Source of the DNA: Veleropilina oligotropha
Lineage: Eukaryota
Direction of reading: 5' to 3'
Assembly (NCBI GenBank): GCA_048128005.1
Contig: JBEUKZ010000009.1
Coordinates: forward strand, 434,001-498,000
Length of the DNA: 64,000 nucleotides
This document shows positions 61,301-64,000 of the stretch, piece after piece; position 1 is the first letter of the stretch; every line of letters begins with the position of its first letter. The position numbers were made by a program, and so were the translations under genes. A model generated the notes under the pieces. The model was not told the DNA's origin. It made no database searches and was given only the letters and a program-made list of their open reading frames with translations.

Positions 61301-61590
61301 ACTCCCCAAAGGTAACTATCCACCAAATATAAATGAAATCGGTTCATTCAGTCTTGAGATATTGCGCTAACAAGGTCGTACGGACGGACGTACGGGACGG
61401 ACGGACGTACGGACGGACGGAGGCGAATACTAGAGTCCCCCGCTCCGCTAAAGCGGGGGACTAATAATTTAATTTACATTTCTTTTTAAAGGTGTGGAAA
61501 GGTGTCACCGTGCGGAGAGGGTCATATGGTGTCGGGGAAGGGTCATAGGGTGGCGATCTGCCACCTTATAAGTACCCGGGGAGAACACTG
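58311..61590. mobile_element. Long member of the CAGGGTTCT MITE family hosting a nested HINE-like element
   Basis: cagggttctctccggattgaaattat ... ccttataagtacccggggagaacactg ends match 40864-41417. Confidence 0.55.
59547..61465 (+). mobile_element. HINE/pearl-like element, same family as 6451-7348, about a dozen ~140-bp units
   Basis: aacaagagtttgccactaacgtggcaagagtcccc start; tandem units; (GGAC)n; agtcccccgc...gcgggggact hairpin. Confidence 0.75.
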
Positions 61591-62504
61591 CTATTGCTTC
61601 AATGCGTTGATAATGAGAGGACCTTATTGAATAAACAATTTTGTCAAAGTTCCTGGCTACTTTTGATCACTGGTGATCATGACTTACCCCATCATTAGTG
61701 TCAGCATTGTTAATCAAAGGACCGTTATTGGCTAAACTATTTTCTCAGAAGTTCCCGACTATTAAGTTGTTTGTAAAAAGGTCAATGAACTGAAAATTGC
61801 ATAGTAATATTATAAAAATATTAGACAATAAATTTTTACCAACTTACAGAGATGAAAATGCAATAATATCATTTTGCCTTATATTTGACTTTCCCAAATC
61901 GCAATAATTTCATGATTACAATTTTAAGAATATTTCAGTCATACAGTCAGGCACCGGATTTAATGCACAGGCAAGCATCCGGCTTGGTTTCCTATCACAG
62001 CAATGGCCGGTCCAATGTAGCTTTGTAACTTCGTTCACCTGATAAGAACCAGTATGTTCAATATGAGTAACACGTGCACATATGAGCGCTAATGACGTCC
62101 ATAATAGGATTATAATTGAAGACATTGCATTAATGAAAGTTATGAAAGACGTACTATTAATAAAGCCAAATATAATTTTGAAAACAAATTTCTTCAAATC
62201 TATTCTATATCATTAAATAATTGTTAACAAAACATTTAATAGCATAAACAACAAATGGGGGACGCCCCGGTATTTGTGGGGTATCGACTATGAAATAACT
62301 GGCTCGATTGCGTGAACTAACAGGAGTGGGTTCGAATCTCAGTTGGAGCATTAACATTCAGTTATCAATCACAGTTGTCCGTAACTGTCCTTCACTGGGC
62401 TTTCCTCCAGCGATAATTATGACGGACATAATAATGACTGAACTGAACATTGCTTATTAAGTATTTTATAGACATAATGGATAGGAAGGAAGCTGGCTTA
62501 ACAC

Positions 62505-62957
62505 TAGTGGTGTAACAATACATCGAACAATCGATATATCGCAATATATGCGCCCCTCAATGCAATGTATCGATAGTAAAATTGAATGTAAATAACTATC
62601 GGCAATAGTGTTCACAACTATCGATGTTTTCAATAGTATTAAAAGTGATGAATTTTGTAACTTCTTATTTAATTTACCTCAGTATTACGATAAATTAAAG
62701 TAATTTAACATCCATATTAATAGTATTTTGTTAAATTTATTTCGTATGAATCATGCTGCGCATTTACTATCTCATGGTAGATAAAATACGGTAACGTATT
62801 TGTTAAGCATGCTTTGAATTGATGAAATTCACACTTGACTAAAACTATTTCAATAGTATTGCAATAGCATACCCGCAATAGCATTACTATCGCAATATCT
62901 CTTTCTCCAATAGCAATACTATTGCAATAGTGAAAATTGCCTCAATATTCATCCCTA
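62505..62957. mobile_element. hAT-type MITE
   Basis: Imperfect TIRs tagtggtg / catcccta and 8-bp TSD CTTAACAC (62497-62504, 62958-62965). Confidence 0.75.
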
Positions 62958-64000
62958 CTTAACACCTGCATAAATTGATATGACTCAATTAGCTAATTAG
63001 ATGTGTAGATCAGACACCTATGATTTAAAGACTATAAATTGTCACTGATATTAAACTTTGAATCTCATTAATAGATGCCGCAGGCGACCAAATAATACAG
63101 AACCTGAGTCACGATAATTAAATAGTATTACCATAATATGTTGAAGATATTTTCAACATGTCATCACTTGGAACCAATAACAATATCTTCTCAACTATTA
63201 CCATAATACTTATACAGCTAAAGGCAAATAGCAATTTACGAAGAAAATGTAACCACAATTCGCTGGAATAATCAGAATCGTACTTGTCGATTATGCTACA
63301 ATTCATATTAATCTATCGCTGCTGAACCAATATTTAACAACAGACCACACCCATTACATCATCTGCTCAAAGTGTCGAAACAAGTCTGCAAAATGCCATA
63401 AATAATGATGTGCAATTGTCTGACACAGTCCAATGTAGATAGACGTGTCCTTCAGTAAGTAGTGCATTACAAGCAAGATTAAATCAATATCAATTCAATT
63501 ATTAATGAATAAAAGATCTTAATTAGATAATTCAGGTGGCGGACATAAGTTAATTTGCTCAAGCTTAGTGCAAGTACCTGTGCAAGAACTTATGCGAAAT
63601 TACATCATCGATATCCGAAATGTTACTTGCTTATAATTGATTATTAGAACATTGACCAATTATTCAAAATGTAGTGGCCGCTCCGTGGTGTAATGGATAG
63701 GAACGTGGATCCAAATCACTCGCTTGACTGCTCTGATTAACAGGAGTGTTCAAATCCTCTGCTACGTAATTTGCCATGTCCTGATTTGACACCTCAAGGA
63801 TTTGTGTCAAAATGGGACAATTAGCATTGAAACTAAGCTATATATGTATATACATACTAGCGGGCACACTCGTTAACAAACGGGTGATTTCGCTGAAATC
63901 CCCCATTTCACGCACACCCCTCCCTCCCCCAGTTTCCCCCCCTCCCATTTCCATATCGGATCATCATACCCCTAAGTTAGTAACACATGTCTACCCCCTG

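Overview
Eukaryotic (animal, probably lophotrochozoan/mollusc-like) AT-rich genomic DNA. The host content is a minus-strand KLF3/8/12-type C2H2 zinc-finger gene. I reconstructed five phase-compatible coding exons by hand (31340-30825, 11993-11891 carrying the PVDLT CtBP motif, 4091-3995, 3629-3454, 3077-2905), plus a candidate alternative first exon (14556-14488) and a candidate 3'-UTR intron. Two full-length, related but diverged DIRS-type tyrosine-recombinase (YR) retrotransposons (18824-26305, intronic and sense to the host gene; 45149-52605) have apparently identical ITR pairs and an ICR that records the circle junction. Comparing the two copies suggests an expression scheme: (i) a conserved leader intron packed with covarying hairpins, (ii) a CCC-UAG-G site at the end of gag where the AUG-less pol lies in the +1 frame and the YR ORF lies in the 0 frame behind the single UAG, and (iii) a near-invariant non-coding block upstream of the ICR. 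The rest is a dense set of non-autonomous elements: Crypton-like hairpin elements (one with an internally deleted YR), HINE/pearl-like tandem-repeat elements, hAT-like MITEs, a Helitron, tRNA-SINEs and mini/microsatellites. All alignments were done by eye; family names for non-coding elements are structural inferences.
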